Source: Convolutriloba macropyga (taxonomy: Eukaryota). From it: DNA of 64,000 nt. Below the pieces are notes generated by a model. The model searched no databases, was not told where the DNA came from, and saw nothing but the letters and a program-made list of their open reading frames with translations. This document shows, in pieces, positions 38,290 through 50,900 of this stretch (positions are counted from its first letter, which is position 1; each line of letters starts with the position of its first letter). The DNA lies in NCBI RefSeq assembly GCF_964194025.1, contig NC_134478.1, forward strand, positions 6,076,001 through 6,140,000, given 5' to 3'. The translations under genes were made by a program, and so were the position numbers.

Positions 38290-41200
38290 GTAAAAGGTAA
38301 ATTCAAAATTTTATAACCATAACAAAAGTTTCATTAAACATTTACATTTAACAATCACTTCAAAAGCATATGAAAAGTTTGGTCCTTAAAACACATGTAA
38401 AAATAGTTTCTAAAACCTTTTACTTGTCTGTCTATTGGAACACGTTTGATCAAGTAATTTGATCATTTCTCTAGTTAAACTAAAATTGTGTTTTTTTCTT
38501 TCCGGATTTCTATTGGCAACTTGTTCCACTTTCTCGAGAAATTTCTGACTATTGATCGGTCACTTCATGTGGATTCACACAATTTTTTTTGCAAAATATG
38601 GACTGTTCGGGAGTTTTCTCTCACCTCATATTTTCCCGAAATTCCAAAGTTCATTATTTTTGGATATTTGACTGCTTTCCTTGTAACGCTTAATTAATTC
38701 AAAAAAATTTTAAAAGAAAAATTTTTTTAATGAAAAGCTCTGCAGATGAAATTTTTATCTCTTATTAAAGGTCCCTCCCGCTTTCAAGCTTTTTAAGCAT
38801 ATGGCAAACCTCTAGAACCTAATTTATTTGTCTGTTTAATCGCAGAAGTGATAAGGCTGGCAGAGATTGGAGAAAAATTGGACTGAATTTGAAATGTGAC
38901 AGGACAAGTGATTTAAAACAGTACAATTCTTGCTTTTAACGGTATTAGATGTCTCACCAAGTAGGTTGATCTAATAGCAGTCGACATTTTATCAACATTT
39001 TGTTTAGATCTGAGTCAATTTTCACTTTATTGTCAATCATTAAGCCCAGATAACGACAACTCATTTCCTGTTTTACAATACTTCCATCATAAAAAATTTC
39101 TCAGAAAGCAGCTGATCTTTTTAAAGAAAAAACAAGTGTTTTGCTTTTATCTTTGTTCAATGTTAACAAACTCTGTTATTATCGGTTTTTCAATTATATC
39201 GAAACATATAAATAACAGTTTTTTCAGACCCATAAAAATTTGACATATTTTCAGAACAATTTTTGTGCGAAATTGAGTTGATCGCCTTTGCTAAATCTAA
39301 AGAAATGCTCATAACAGTTCTATTTTGTTCTAAACTTTGTCCTTTAAGAGTTGAGGTCATTGAAAAGGTCACTGATTCGTGTAGATCGCCTGTTTTGTAA
39401 TCTGGATTACATATGCTTTTTAGGAATATCTGGAAAAACATTGTTCGAAATACAGTTGTTAATTGCAAACTAGAATTGTGTTCCACTAGACATCTTACTA
39501 AAATTGAGGGACCATTTGGGACCATTAATACAGGACCCGATGTTTTGTTCGGCGATAGTTTGTCATTAACATCATGCAACTCTTTTCTCATTATAAATCT
39601 GAAAGAAAAAATTTTTTCAAAAAAACAAATTTTGGTAATTCAATCCTTTTTTTACGTCTTTGCATATACCTATTTTGGAAAAACCATTTTTTAAGTGTTA
39701 GGCACCTGTTTTTTATCTTTTGAAATAATATTATTGCGCCGAATTTGGGAAATGTTGTTATGTTTTACCTATTTTTTTTGAGTTTTGTGTTTATTAGTTT
39801 CCATTGCTGTTTTAAATCTGGAACACTCTGAAGAATTTTCTTTGTATGCTCATTACTTATTGATTAGTGGCGTTTAGGGTATTTGTTTCTATTATAAGCG
39901 GAAAAATCTGCCTTCTCATTACAATTATTAAAAGGTCGATGTTCTTTGTCAACAAGTTTCAATATTTCTATGGATATTCTGTTTTGTTTGTTGGGACTGT
40001 TCGTTGGCTCTTTAAATTTTATGGGAGCTAAATTATTCAGCCAATTACAAAGAAATCTAAAAACATTTGGAATGTGGTATTTGCATCTTTTTGTTGATAG
40101 ATTGCTCTCCAATCTGTTGAGGCCATTTTGTTTATTCAACCCAGCTCTTGAAAATTTTTTTTGTAGCTCTGTAATGGTATTGCACTGTCTTTTTTTGTAA
40201 TGAAAATATTAATATGAAGCAAACAACTGTGAAAATTGATCAATTCCAAACAATTGTTCTAATGTTATTGTATCCAAAATTTGTATTTTGTGGATAAGAA
40301 AGGATCAAATAAAGTTTCACTGTTTCCATTTGTCCAATTTGGCTAGCCTTTGTTGACAATGTGTAACCCATTTTTGCTCTGTTGAAAACCGTTTTTCTTT
40401 TTGTTGAAAGTAATTTAGATTGTAATCTCCGAATTAAATAAAGTTGTCTGTCAACAGGTATGCTCCTGAGACTTTTTTTGTCAATTCATCCAGGAAAAAA
40501 TTTTCCAAGGTTTCTCTTAGTACAATTTGAAAAGTTTATTCACAGTTTTTTCAATTGCTTCAACTATTTTAACCCAGAAAGGTTCAAAGTGTTTCTGTTA
40601 ATTGATTTTAAACATCTGTTCTTGATATTATTTTTGAAAGTAATTGGAATCCATATTCCTACTCCACCACTCCTTGACAGTTGCGTTAATTTGGACCTAT
40701 TTTGATGAATGAAAAAATGCTTATTGCTTAGCATTTTCAATGCCATATCATATTTGTCGTTTATCCAGGTTTTAGGAACTATTAGGCACGTTTGGCTGTC
40801 TTGTTGCAGTGAAAAATTTTATATTTTTCTTGGTGTTTGTTATTGACACTCCATATTCATACAGAAAAACTTAGGATACAACCATGGGTTAGCCAATTGC
40901 TTCCTGCAACTTTCGAATGTTTGGGTTCCCTTAGGATTGGGCCCTGGATTTGGTTTAACATCGCCACATAATAAAATAAGATAATATAAAATTAGTATGA
41001 TAAAATTAAGGATCAAATTTTTTTTCGAATTATGAGATTTTTACAAGAAAGTAAATGGCCATAAAGGAAATTTGAGTAACTTTTTACAAAATATTTTAAC
41101 GTGTCTTTTTCTCCAAAAACTATTAAGTTGAAAAGCGCAAAAAAAGAACAATCTGAAATCTTTTTCCAAAAACCTACGCATTATATCCTATATGACAATT

Positions 41201-42300
41201 GATGTTTCAGTTAACCGTAACTTTTCCTATTTTTAATTCCCTTGGAATTTTTCTCACAGACACATTGCACCCAGCATGTTGATACCCCACACTTGAAATA
41301 CAATTCTGGACAGTGAACACAATTTTTTTAATTCTACTTTGGTTTGGATGGATGCCATCCAGTCCAATATCTGCTTGATCCAAATTATAGTCGAAAAATT
41401 TAATATCGGTGTTTTTGGAACTTGCCTCGTAGTTCGTCTGCAAAGTCATTTTACTCACAATTATATTTTTCAATTTCATGGTTGTTAGTTTCTCTACCAA
41501 TTCCACCATTATGTACTTTTGACAATTGGAAAATTGCTAGTGTGCATGGTTAAAGTTCCGGATTTATTTTAACAGAAGTGTTCCTAAGTCTTTTGCTGCT
41601 TTTTTGCCTAGCAGACCCTGATCCATTGAGATACCTCCAATGTGGACTATAGGACATTCTGAGTTGGCTGATGGCGCATAATCGTTAACAATGTTGCCCT
41701 GGTTTTTGAGTTGTAGATGAGAGATACGAATATATAGCTGCCTCAATACTAATGTAATTTTGCCGGACTAATTTTTACGTGCTATTAGAACTTAGGAGGT
41801 GCTATCAGAACTTAGGAACTTAGTGGTTTTGCTAATCACGGGAAATTTTTTGTGTAAAAATGCTGCTTACAGTTGGAATTGATACAACATTGTCGGATGT
41901 TTTGGCTTTGATGAGGTTTGATATCAATTTGTCAATTTGACTACCCAACTACTGAATTTCAGAATGCGCTTGGTTGTAAAGTTCTCTTTCAAGCTGTAGT
42001 TTTGTCATCAAAATTGTCATTTCATGATTATTTTCCTCCTTTTTATTTGTTGCAACATTAAGTGACTCCTTTCTTTGGATACTTAGTTGCATTACCTCGT
42101 TTATCATTTTCTCTTCTGTCCATTTCATCAAACTTGGAGTATCAGTCATCTTGAGATCTTATGCTTAGGGTGAATTAGTTTTTGGTTTTCAAAAAACATA
42201 CGGGGACCCACTTTCTTTTGTTGCCCCACGTAAAAATTGATTGTGTCAGAGTGGCGTAACTAAGAAAAATTGGAGCTTAAACTGACTGTGTACATTAGTA
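38290..42300 (-). mobile_element. Decayed near-full-length CR1/L2-group LINE (ORF1 coiled coil plus SGNH esterase; ORF2 APE-RT)
   Basis: Fragments occur in the expected order: coiled coil 41949-42149, esterase motif DGIHPN 41207-41509, APE motif SRSGGVGIWI 40564-40746, RT motifs KTSGP / SLDLAKAINSISH 39190-39591, and the RT C-terminus near 38500. Confidence 0.85.
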
Positions 42301-42469
42301 AGAAAAGGGATTGATCTCATCAAAAACAGAATGCCCAGCTAGTAGAATACCCAGTAAAATATCCAAGATATTGTCGTGTATTGAAAAAAATGGATTTCAA
42401 AAAGCCGTTAGATGTGTACTGTAAAAAAAACCATGCAGCTGACTTTCAACTTTTGACTTTAGATTTTAC

Positions 42470-43070
42470 CTACCTCCCCCCCCCAAAAAAAAAGTTACCC
42501 CCAAAAATGATGAACGGTTAGGGGGGTAATTTTAGGGGGTAAAACGATGTGAGATAAGAGGGGTTATGGAGGTAATGGGGAGTATGGGGGGTTGGATTTT
42601 TATATTTTACCTCCCCCCGATTCCAAAAAAAATATCATCCAAAAAGATGAAAGAATAGGGGGGTAAATTTAAGGGGGTGAAACGATGTTCGGTTAAAGAG
42701 GCAACGAAGTTAATGGGGAGTAGATTTATATAGATGGCCCGTCAAGAACTGGGCAAGCATTGATGGTTTAGGGGCTAAGGAGAACCTTCGGAGGTTAGAG
42801 AGTTTGCGGGTTCAAGATTGTCAGTCTTCGAGTATGGGGGGCTAAAACAATGTAAGACTATCCCGATTACCCCTCTATTAGGGCCTCCAAGCGGGATAAT
42901 TTCCCCTACTCTTGCACCATTTTACCCCCTCCCCCCCCTCCCAAAAAAATACCCCCCATTACCCCCCACTCTTGCATCAAGTTACCACCATCCCCCATTA
43001 CCCCCAAAATGATGTAAGATTTTTGAAGGGAATTGGCTAAAAATTCCCCCGATTAACCCCCCTAATCTTA
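42470..43070. repeat. Foldback/MITE-like element with a G-rich left arm and C-rich right arm
   Basis: gggggtaa/gtaatgggg units at 42520-42720 are mirrored by ccccattacccc/ttaccccc units at 42860-43070. Confidence 0.55.
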
Positions 43071-43749
43071 TATTTTTTGGAGTAAAAATTCGACACGGGC
43101 CAATTTGAGGACTCGATTTTTTAAAGGACCATGCTCGACTCGAATTGCCTATGAAAAAAATTTTAGATTGACTTCAATTGTCATGTCGAATTTAGCTTTT
43201 TTCATAACTCATGCTAAAACGTAGTATCGAGATAACTCCTCACAACCTTTGGTGCGCGACCAAGTTGCCATTTTTGGTCAGACCATCAGAGGTCAGACGG
43301 TGCAGGTTGATATTGACTTTGATCAAATTCACGTGGATCTGGACAAGGGATGACAACACTCTTTGTAGTTATACAATTCTCTGGAGTCCCTCTTGTCTCT
43401 GGAGTCGCATTTACAGATTGATCGGTCCTGGTCACCTGTTTGCAACCAAAGTGCATCTGGTTCATATTTTTTGTGACTTCAGGACTTAATCTTGGAAAAA
43501 CATCACAAAGCATTTAAATCGAGTCGTTATTTGATTCTTTTGCAGGTTCTAAATGTGCTGGCTTGATCTCTCAGATGACCTATTAGAGTCGGTTCTAAAA
43601 AAAACAATAACATTATAATAGTTGAAGGCCTGCTCGGAGGGTAGTAAAACTGAGAATCTGAAATTTTTTTACCAATTTGGATTAAAAGGTGACACAACAT
43701 CACAAATATCTATCATCCAGTTCATCTAATGATTATATAACAGTGACGC

Positions 43750-43920
43750 TACCCAGTTGAGAGGTCGACTTTATGAAAAGACTTATAAAGTCGACCTGGG
43801 GGGGGGGGGGGGGTGTTTTCCTACCTTAAATACACGGTCGACCTCCTAGTAAGGGTCGACATAAAGTCTTTTCTTAAGTCGATCACGGTCTTTTCATATC
43901 CCATATCAGTCGACCGATAT
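43750..43920. repeat. Palindromic MITE remnant with GTCGAC motifs and a poly-G tract
   Basis: gtcgactttatgaaaagacttat is inverted against gacataaagtcttttcttaagtcgat. It starts tacccag like the 3971 element. Confidence 0.45.
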
Positions 43921-44559
43921 TGGATTGGGCCGCGGCCCAACTAAATATCCTCTGGAATCTACTCAGGGATCCCAGAACCAAAGCAGATTTGACCCAGACT
44001 GAATTAAGGTTCGGACAAATGTAGAAAGCAAACTGGTTGATAATTGATGTGGACCAGAGCTAACAGACTTAGGTTACTTGGGCTGATTCAAAAACATTTC
44101 GGCTACCTTGGTACAAAATGAGTATACCTTAATTCATACCCGCGGTCATTGAAAACGGTTCATAGGCCAGATCATGATCCAGCCCAACTATGATCTAACC
44201 AAATACCTACCTGTGGTCAGATCGAACAGGCCTTATGCCATCTGGTTAGTGTTTGCTAAAAGAAAATTTGGTAGTACTATGGGAACTGTTGTAGTTCTGA
44301 ACGAAAATGTCTTCTTTAAATAAAGAGACCGGATAATTTGTCTAAAATCCTGCACGTTGTCTCACTTATTTTCTATTTGCTATTTTACATTTCAATCTGA
44401 AACAGCGTTGAACTTGAATCTGAAATTGTGAAAAGAAGTTTTTCATCACATAAATCTAAACTACCAAGAGGAAGCAAAATTGTCTGAGAAAAATTTGGAC
44501 TAAGAGCAGATTATGCAATAAAGAGCTCTTTCCCAGTTGATACAAGAATTAAACTTATG

Positions 44560-45060
44560 AAAGTACTAGATGCTAGTCATTTATATATAGTGCAGTCTTA
44601 TTGAGTGGCATTAAGCGTTCTTTTATAATTTCACTTGGAAAACAGTTGAACTGGGTAGTAGATTTCTGATTCAACAGACGAAAATATGACTTATCTCATG
44701 ACCTAAAGTTACAATTTGAAATTTTTCCACTTGCATAACTTTTCAGGATTAAACAAGCCACTCACTTGCAAAAATTGTCATCGACTAGAGCTCCAGCTTT
44801 CCTGAATTTAGGGGCACCCACATTGTCGTACCAAAGGACCACACGAAAAAATTTCCTCCGTTTCGACATCAAAAAATTCGCAGTACCCTAAGAACTGGTT
44901 TTTCGCCAGAGCTATAGAGTCCTGGAATGATGGCTTCATCATATGTAATATAATTAGAAATCATCCTAAATTTAAAACCGTAAAAGAAATTCAACTTCTT
45001 ATAACCTAGGTTATGAAAATCTATTATGGAGAGACTTTAAATTAAGTTGAAATTGATACA
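44560..45060 (+). mobile_element. LINE 3' fragment
   Basis: ggaaaacagttgaactgggtag...ttcaacagacgaaaatatgac resembles the EKQFNWAV..FNRKKYD segment of the LINE ORF at 56271-56513. Confidence 0.55.
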
Positions 45061-46540
45061 ATAAAACATTTTTCTGTACCAAACAAAGCAATAATTTGTA
45101 CATTTACCTACACTCCCCTTGGCTTGCTATTTATATCGGTCTTTGGAAATCGTGTGTTCTTTTTATTGTTGAATCCTAATTTCACGCTCAATTTTTTCTG
45201 TCTCGCTTTTTTAATTTGATTTTTCAAAGTATTTTATTGTATGTCTGAAATCCATGGATCAAGATTCAAAAATATTGGTCACATATTTTAAAATTTTAAT
45301 TTTGGATGAAAAATACAACGTTTCGTTTCAGCAGTCTAAATTTTCTAACCCGTCAACTTATCAAGGACCAATATGCTGAGATGACAATCATTATATGCAC
45401 TATGGTAGCAAAAAGCGACGTAAAGTATTATTGGTGCTCTTCGAGAGTTTGTTTGCTCAGGAAATTTGATTTACACTAAACAAAAGCGAGAAATTTTGAA
45501 GCTTTGAAGAGATCTCATTCTCATGATTTCGACATAAAATATGGTTAAACTGTTTTGTTCGTTCAGTGTCTACCCAGCCAGCCTTCACGCTTATACAACA
45601 GCTACTATGTATAGGTCAATACATAGTTCACAGCCTTCACACAAACGTTGCCTTCTTACGAAGGAACAAGATTTCTTGCAGAAAAATTTCTGCATTTGGT
45701 CAAGTGATCACTTGTGTTTCGGTGTGCAGCACAATCAAATGGACAGAAACTGCTAGTTAGATGCCCAAACAAGCTAAATGTCTAATTTACGAAATCCAAT
45801 AGCAAATTTATGGGCATTTTTTACGCAAAATTCACACACGCGGACAGATTTTTTGAAAAATTATAAGAGAAAAGAGTCGGAAAATGGAACAAAATTGACG
45901 CGGAATGCCATAAAAAGCGTTTGTGAAAAGTACTATAAACTTTTTTTTTCCTGAAAACATCTTTGACCTCAAAAAAGTGGTTTTTATCACATGCTTCTAG
46001 TGCTTTTGCAAACTTTCTACATTTTTTGGTGCCGTTGTGAATTCTTTGAAAATAAACTGTTTTAACTGCACTGAGTAGTAGTTTACAAAATTTGACTAAA
46101 TCATGAAATACTTGCTCAATTGTCTTCTGTCTTTTGTGATGAAGCCCATGAACATTGGCAGCAGATTTGCTTCACTAATCATCAAAACTATTACATTATT
46201 TAAATTTTGTTCTTTTTAACGAGCCCTGGACTACTGATTGACAATTATTAGAAATGATAAGACGATAATCCTAGTTTTTTATGAATGTCACTACAAAAAA
46301 TTGAAAAAAACTAAAAAAAACTGCATTTCTTTTCAAACTGTTTCAAGTGTATTTACATGAAAAAATAGTTAAGGCCGAATGATCACAAAAGTTGACGTGT
46401 AAAAATCAGTACTTTATGATAAACACAATTTCGGAAAATCTTGTAATGACAATATCAGTTGTTTTAACTTTTCAGCTCTTTTTCACCCTCATTAAGAATG
46501 CCTCTACCATTCTATGAAGGAGATAAAACTTTTTTGAGCA

Positions 46541-47417
46541 AACTGGGACGGTTATCTGCTAATATCTTGCAAGATTCTTGCAAAAAATTGTTATCTGCTA
46601 AGATCTTGTGAGAGTCTTGCAAATAACGGTTATCTGCGAAAACGCAAGGCTGCAGCGGTTACCTAATACGACACTCACAAGAATTTTACCCAAAGCTTTT
46701 CATTTTTTGGTCAAAAGAAATAGAAAAACATGCACTTTTCATTGGAAAACATTACAGAAAGTAAGATAACACCGCGAAAAACTTTAAAGCGCAAATTGAA
46801 CTAACTAAAAAGTTTTTGTTGTTTGTCTGTATCGCTAACCTTTTCAAATTTTGAAAATTATTATTTTAAGGTGTTAAACTGCTCAATTTACAAACTCCAT
46901 TAGCTCCAAACCCACATTTGCTGCCATCAAATAGTTATTGAGCGGCTTCTTATTATTCTTATTATTTGTTGTAATTTCAAAATTTAATCACAAAAGTTGC
47001 ACAAATAATAAAAATAAATTAGAAGCAAAATGCATCAGATATGCGTTACCAATCCACTGAAAAGTTTTATTTATAGTTTAAAAGTGCAACATTCTTTGCT
47101 TAATACCGGAGACACAAATGAGTGATTTCAAAACAAATGCTATAGACTGAACTTTTGTTGTAGTAGTACAAAGGGTTCAAGTTGCTGTACATTTTTGAAA
47201 TCTTTTTATAGCTGTTGGTCCTGCAATACCATTGGTTTGGTTTCAGGGACATTTCCGGAGCGATGGATGCCTGGCAAGAGTTTTACGAAGCTGACGGTTA
47301 TCTGCGAAGATTCTTACAATATTAATGGTTATCCAGTTAGAGTCTTGTAAGATCCCTTACAAGATGATATATAATCATGAGTCTTCCAAAATTCTTGACC
47401 AGATAACCGTCCCAATT
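46541..47417. mobile_element. MITE with ~18-bp inverted repeats
   Basis: AACTGGGACGGTTATCTG (46541) pairs with CAGATAACCGTCCCAATT (47400-47417). Internal gttatctgc/caagattcttgc arrays; no ORF. Confidence 0.65.
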
Positions 47418-47921
47418 CGACCAGGATTCAACCAAGATTCTCAATAGCGTCTGCAAAAGATTTATTTGGGTGTTTTTCAGTTTCAGGTGTTTCTTTTTTC
47501 AGGTAAATATACCTTAACTTTTTCAGTGTGCTGAACAGAATATATCCGTGCCTATAATTGAGCACTCATAAAAAATGTATCCGGTCAAATGCTTGAGCTT
47601 TGTTCACACCGTTATCCATGCCTAGTCCTAATTGATTCCAGTTCAAATTATAATCTCTTTAGCGTTACTGCCAAGCAATGTCACGGGAGTGCAGCAGCCA
47701 ATTTCAATCTAATAAGGGCTGACTTAGTTCAGACACATAAGCTAATATCGCTTCTTTTCCGCTTAATTCTGTTAACTTCATAATTTTTGAAATCAATAAT
47801 TTTTTTTGGCCGATGAAACTCCAAAAAAACATAATTTTACCAAAGATAATTGTTACATAATAAATGTCGTAAACTCATTAAGCGGTACATATCTTCACAT
47901 CAAAGCCAAACCAAATTTACG

Positions 47922-50900
47922 TTAGCGTCTATTTTCGTTAGTTTTTGTGAAGAAGTTGTGAACAAGTGCCATTTCAGTCTTCGTTATCTCTTTGAGTATT
48001 TCTTTCGTTGTTAAATGTTCATTCTCTCGTTCTTCCGTCACGTTGACGTTCATTGCGGTATGTACCATAAAAAAATGATTTGATTTCCTCTTTCTGAAAT
48101 TTGCGTACTTCAATGACCATTTTCCGAAAGTCTTCGAAATTTCGCGGACAAACAAGTCTTTAAAAGTCGCTAAACATGAACCGAAGAAGACGTCTTCAAA
48201 CTTGTAAAAACAAGTAGAATTGAAACTAAAGTTGGCTATGGTTGAATTTCCTATGCAATGATAAGGACAAGACTGGGCTATTTTCGGAACGAGGTCGGAT
48301 GATAAAATTGACAAAGCACCGAAACAGAAGACTGGCCACGTTTTTAAAGGATACTCCTCCAATTTAGTTTTCCAAGTGTCCTTTCGATGAACAAATGCAT
48401 CCTTGCATTGCGCGCCAGTATATAATGATGCATGTTGGGAAACATTATGCTTCGTGAGTTTTCTGGTTTTGTCGGCTATTTGTTGCATCCCTGTTATCAT
48501 TAAACCGCCAATATTTGAAACACTTGACATTTTTAAAAATTGAATTTAGAATAAATTCAATAAACTTAATTAATTCGATGATTAATTTTTTTACTTCCGA
48601 ATAATTTAAAGTTTTAAGTTATTTCAATTTATCACGAATGACAAATATTGTAAGCATTTACACTGCCAGATTGTGAGTTATAAGAGTTTATTATTTGATT
48701 CTGACTCGGAATTCCGTGTTTTTTTTCTTCAATTGAACTCATTCTACAAAATTTGCATTGAAAAAAAATATGCGTTTGTGTTATTCTAGTGAACTATTTT
48801 GATTAAAATTAGTTTTTAATTAATACTTTTGACGACTTTAATTAATATTCATTTCTTTTGAAAACATGAATCAATCGCGATAAGTTGAAGCAATGTTGAT
48901 GCGTCTAGCAAACTAAATGTTATGAAAAAACATCAGAGCTTCATGTGCCAAATGTCTAAAAAATCGAGTATACACACTCGATTTAGTCGGGCTTGTTCAC
49001 GACCCATGTTATAAGATTAAAATTGTAAGCGTGTGTGGAAACGAGTGACAAAAAGCTAATTCGATTCGAATTTGCTTAAATTTACACCTTTTCCTCAGAT
49101 ACAGTATCTAGTTAACGAATTGAAGAAAATCTAATTGGTGGATAATTTCAGGAAATTCCCTCTCAATACTAATTGTGCGTTTAGAAGACAATTAGAGATT
49201 CTGAAAGCACCAATACCACAGTTCACAAGAGCAATTAAGTTATTTTGAATTTGGTCTCAAGTAAACACTAATAAAATTTGAACAATTTTAGGCTAGTTAC
49301 ATGCTCAAAATGGTTTTGTTTCCACAAAATTCGAATTCATTGAAATTTGTTGTATCGACATTGGTCACCTAATGTTAGTTTTTAGGTTTCATGGAACATT
49401 TGGCCAGTTGAGAAAGAAAAATTGGTGTACTATTAAAAGTTCTATAATGCTTGATGATAATACTTACATGATAAACTTACTGAAGGTCGGTATTTTTGCT
49501 TTTGTAAAAGTATTTTAGCCAGATTGGTTAGAAAATTTCTCAATCGCAATTGGACAATAGAACTTTAAATTTAGTTTTTGCCGAAAAATTATTCTTTTGT
49601 CATCGAACTTGCCAAGTTTTGATCGTTTCTGTTGTTTGTCAGATTCAATTCTTCGGATTGCAAACATGTAAAATTAGGAATCCTAGAAGTGCTAATTTTT
49701 GGTAACGAAATGGTTGATTTTCTAAGTTTGAAATGCTGGTCAACAATTCAGCATGGACTCACTCATTGAACATGACTTATGTTTTCGTATATAAAATGCC
49801 AAAATTTGCACATAATTCTTGCTGTTAAAGAATTCTAATATTTCGAGGATGAAAATTGAAATCTATAATATTCTAACCTGGAAAGTGAAAATGTGACAGA
49901 ATCGATATTTGAATCACAAAAATGATTGGAAAAAGGCGAAATTTTTCTTAACTAACCAGTTTGAAATTTTCAAAGATAAAAATTGTCAAGGAAAATGCTG
50001 GTCAATGAAATTGCAGGCCGAAAAGCAGATGCTTTCGAAAACTTCCCATTTTTAATATATATTGCCTTTTATTCCTTTTTGAAGATCTGTTTATGTTGTG
50101 GTTTCTAGAGACGAAAAATTTCCTTTTGTTTGTATCATCATTGTTAATAAAAAACTATTTGTTCCGACCCTCTTGAGGGGGGAGGAACTATATACTCAAC
50201 TGGGTTTTTTTTTTTTTTGTTCAGTGAATTTTCGCCGCTCGATATAATCATCGTAGAGAGTTGAGACTGGTATCATTAGAAAGCTCATCCAGCGTAGAAT
50301 ATGGAATTAAAAAGATTTTTTTAATTTTCGATTTCTAAAGAGAGTTATCGAGGTTTAAAGTTCTGAGAAAAGAAGAGTGAATTCACGTTGTTTTTATTCA
50401 CATTTTCCGGAATTTTTGCCTAAATTTTCGTCAATTTTGCTAAAATTTGTTATAATTTTTAAGAATAGTGTCGTTGATTTTATTTTTGAAGACGAACAAG
50501 CATTGTTGATTGTTTTGATTTAATTTTTTTGGTCAAAAAATCTGGATAAACATTTCAAAATTTAGACTTTTTCATCAAAAACAGCACGAAATAAGCTAAT
50601 ATAGTCCACTTTGATTAAATTTGCCGACAGTACATCCCCAAACAACACTCAAAAAATCTTTGTAGACTCAGAGGGGGGCTATTTCTACTTCAGAGTCCGC
50701 TGAGAGTGCACTGTAGTTAAAACCTTGCCGTGTTTTGCTAACTTTACTCGTTGATTATCAAAAATGCAGAACTTATTTTGAGTTTTCAACTAACAAATTA
50801 TCTATATCTGCAACATTCGAAAATCAAATGTTCCTAACGGACAATAAGCAATAGCAGGGTTTGTTTTGGGCCATTCTTGGACTGCTACCACCCAAAGAAA

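Noticed and set aside
43211-43513. Short ORFs on both strands (similarly 16932-17279, 23123-23434, 45541-45760, 3030-3383)
   Set aside because: No motifs or consistent exon chains, and their lengths are compatible with chance.
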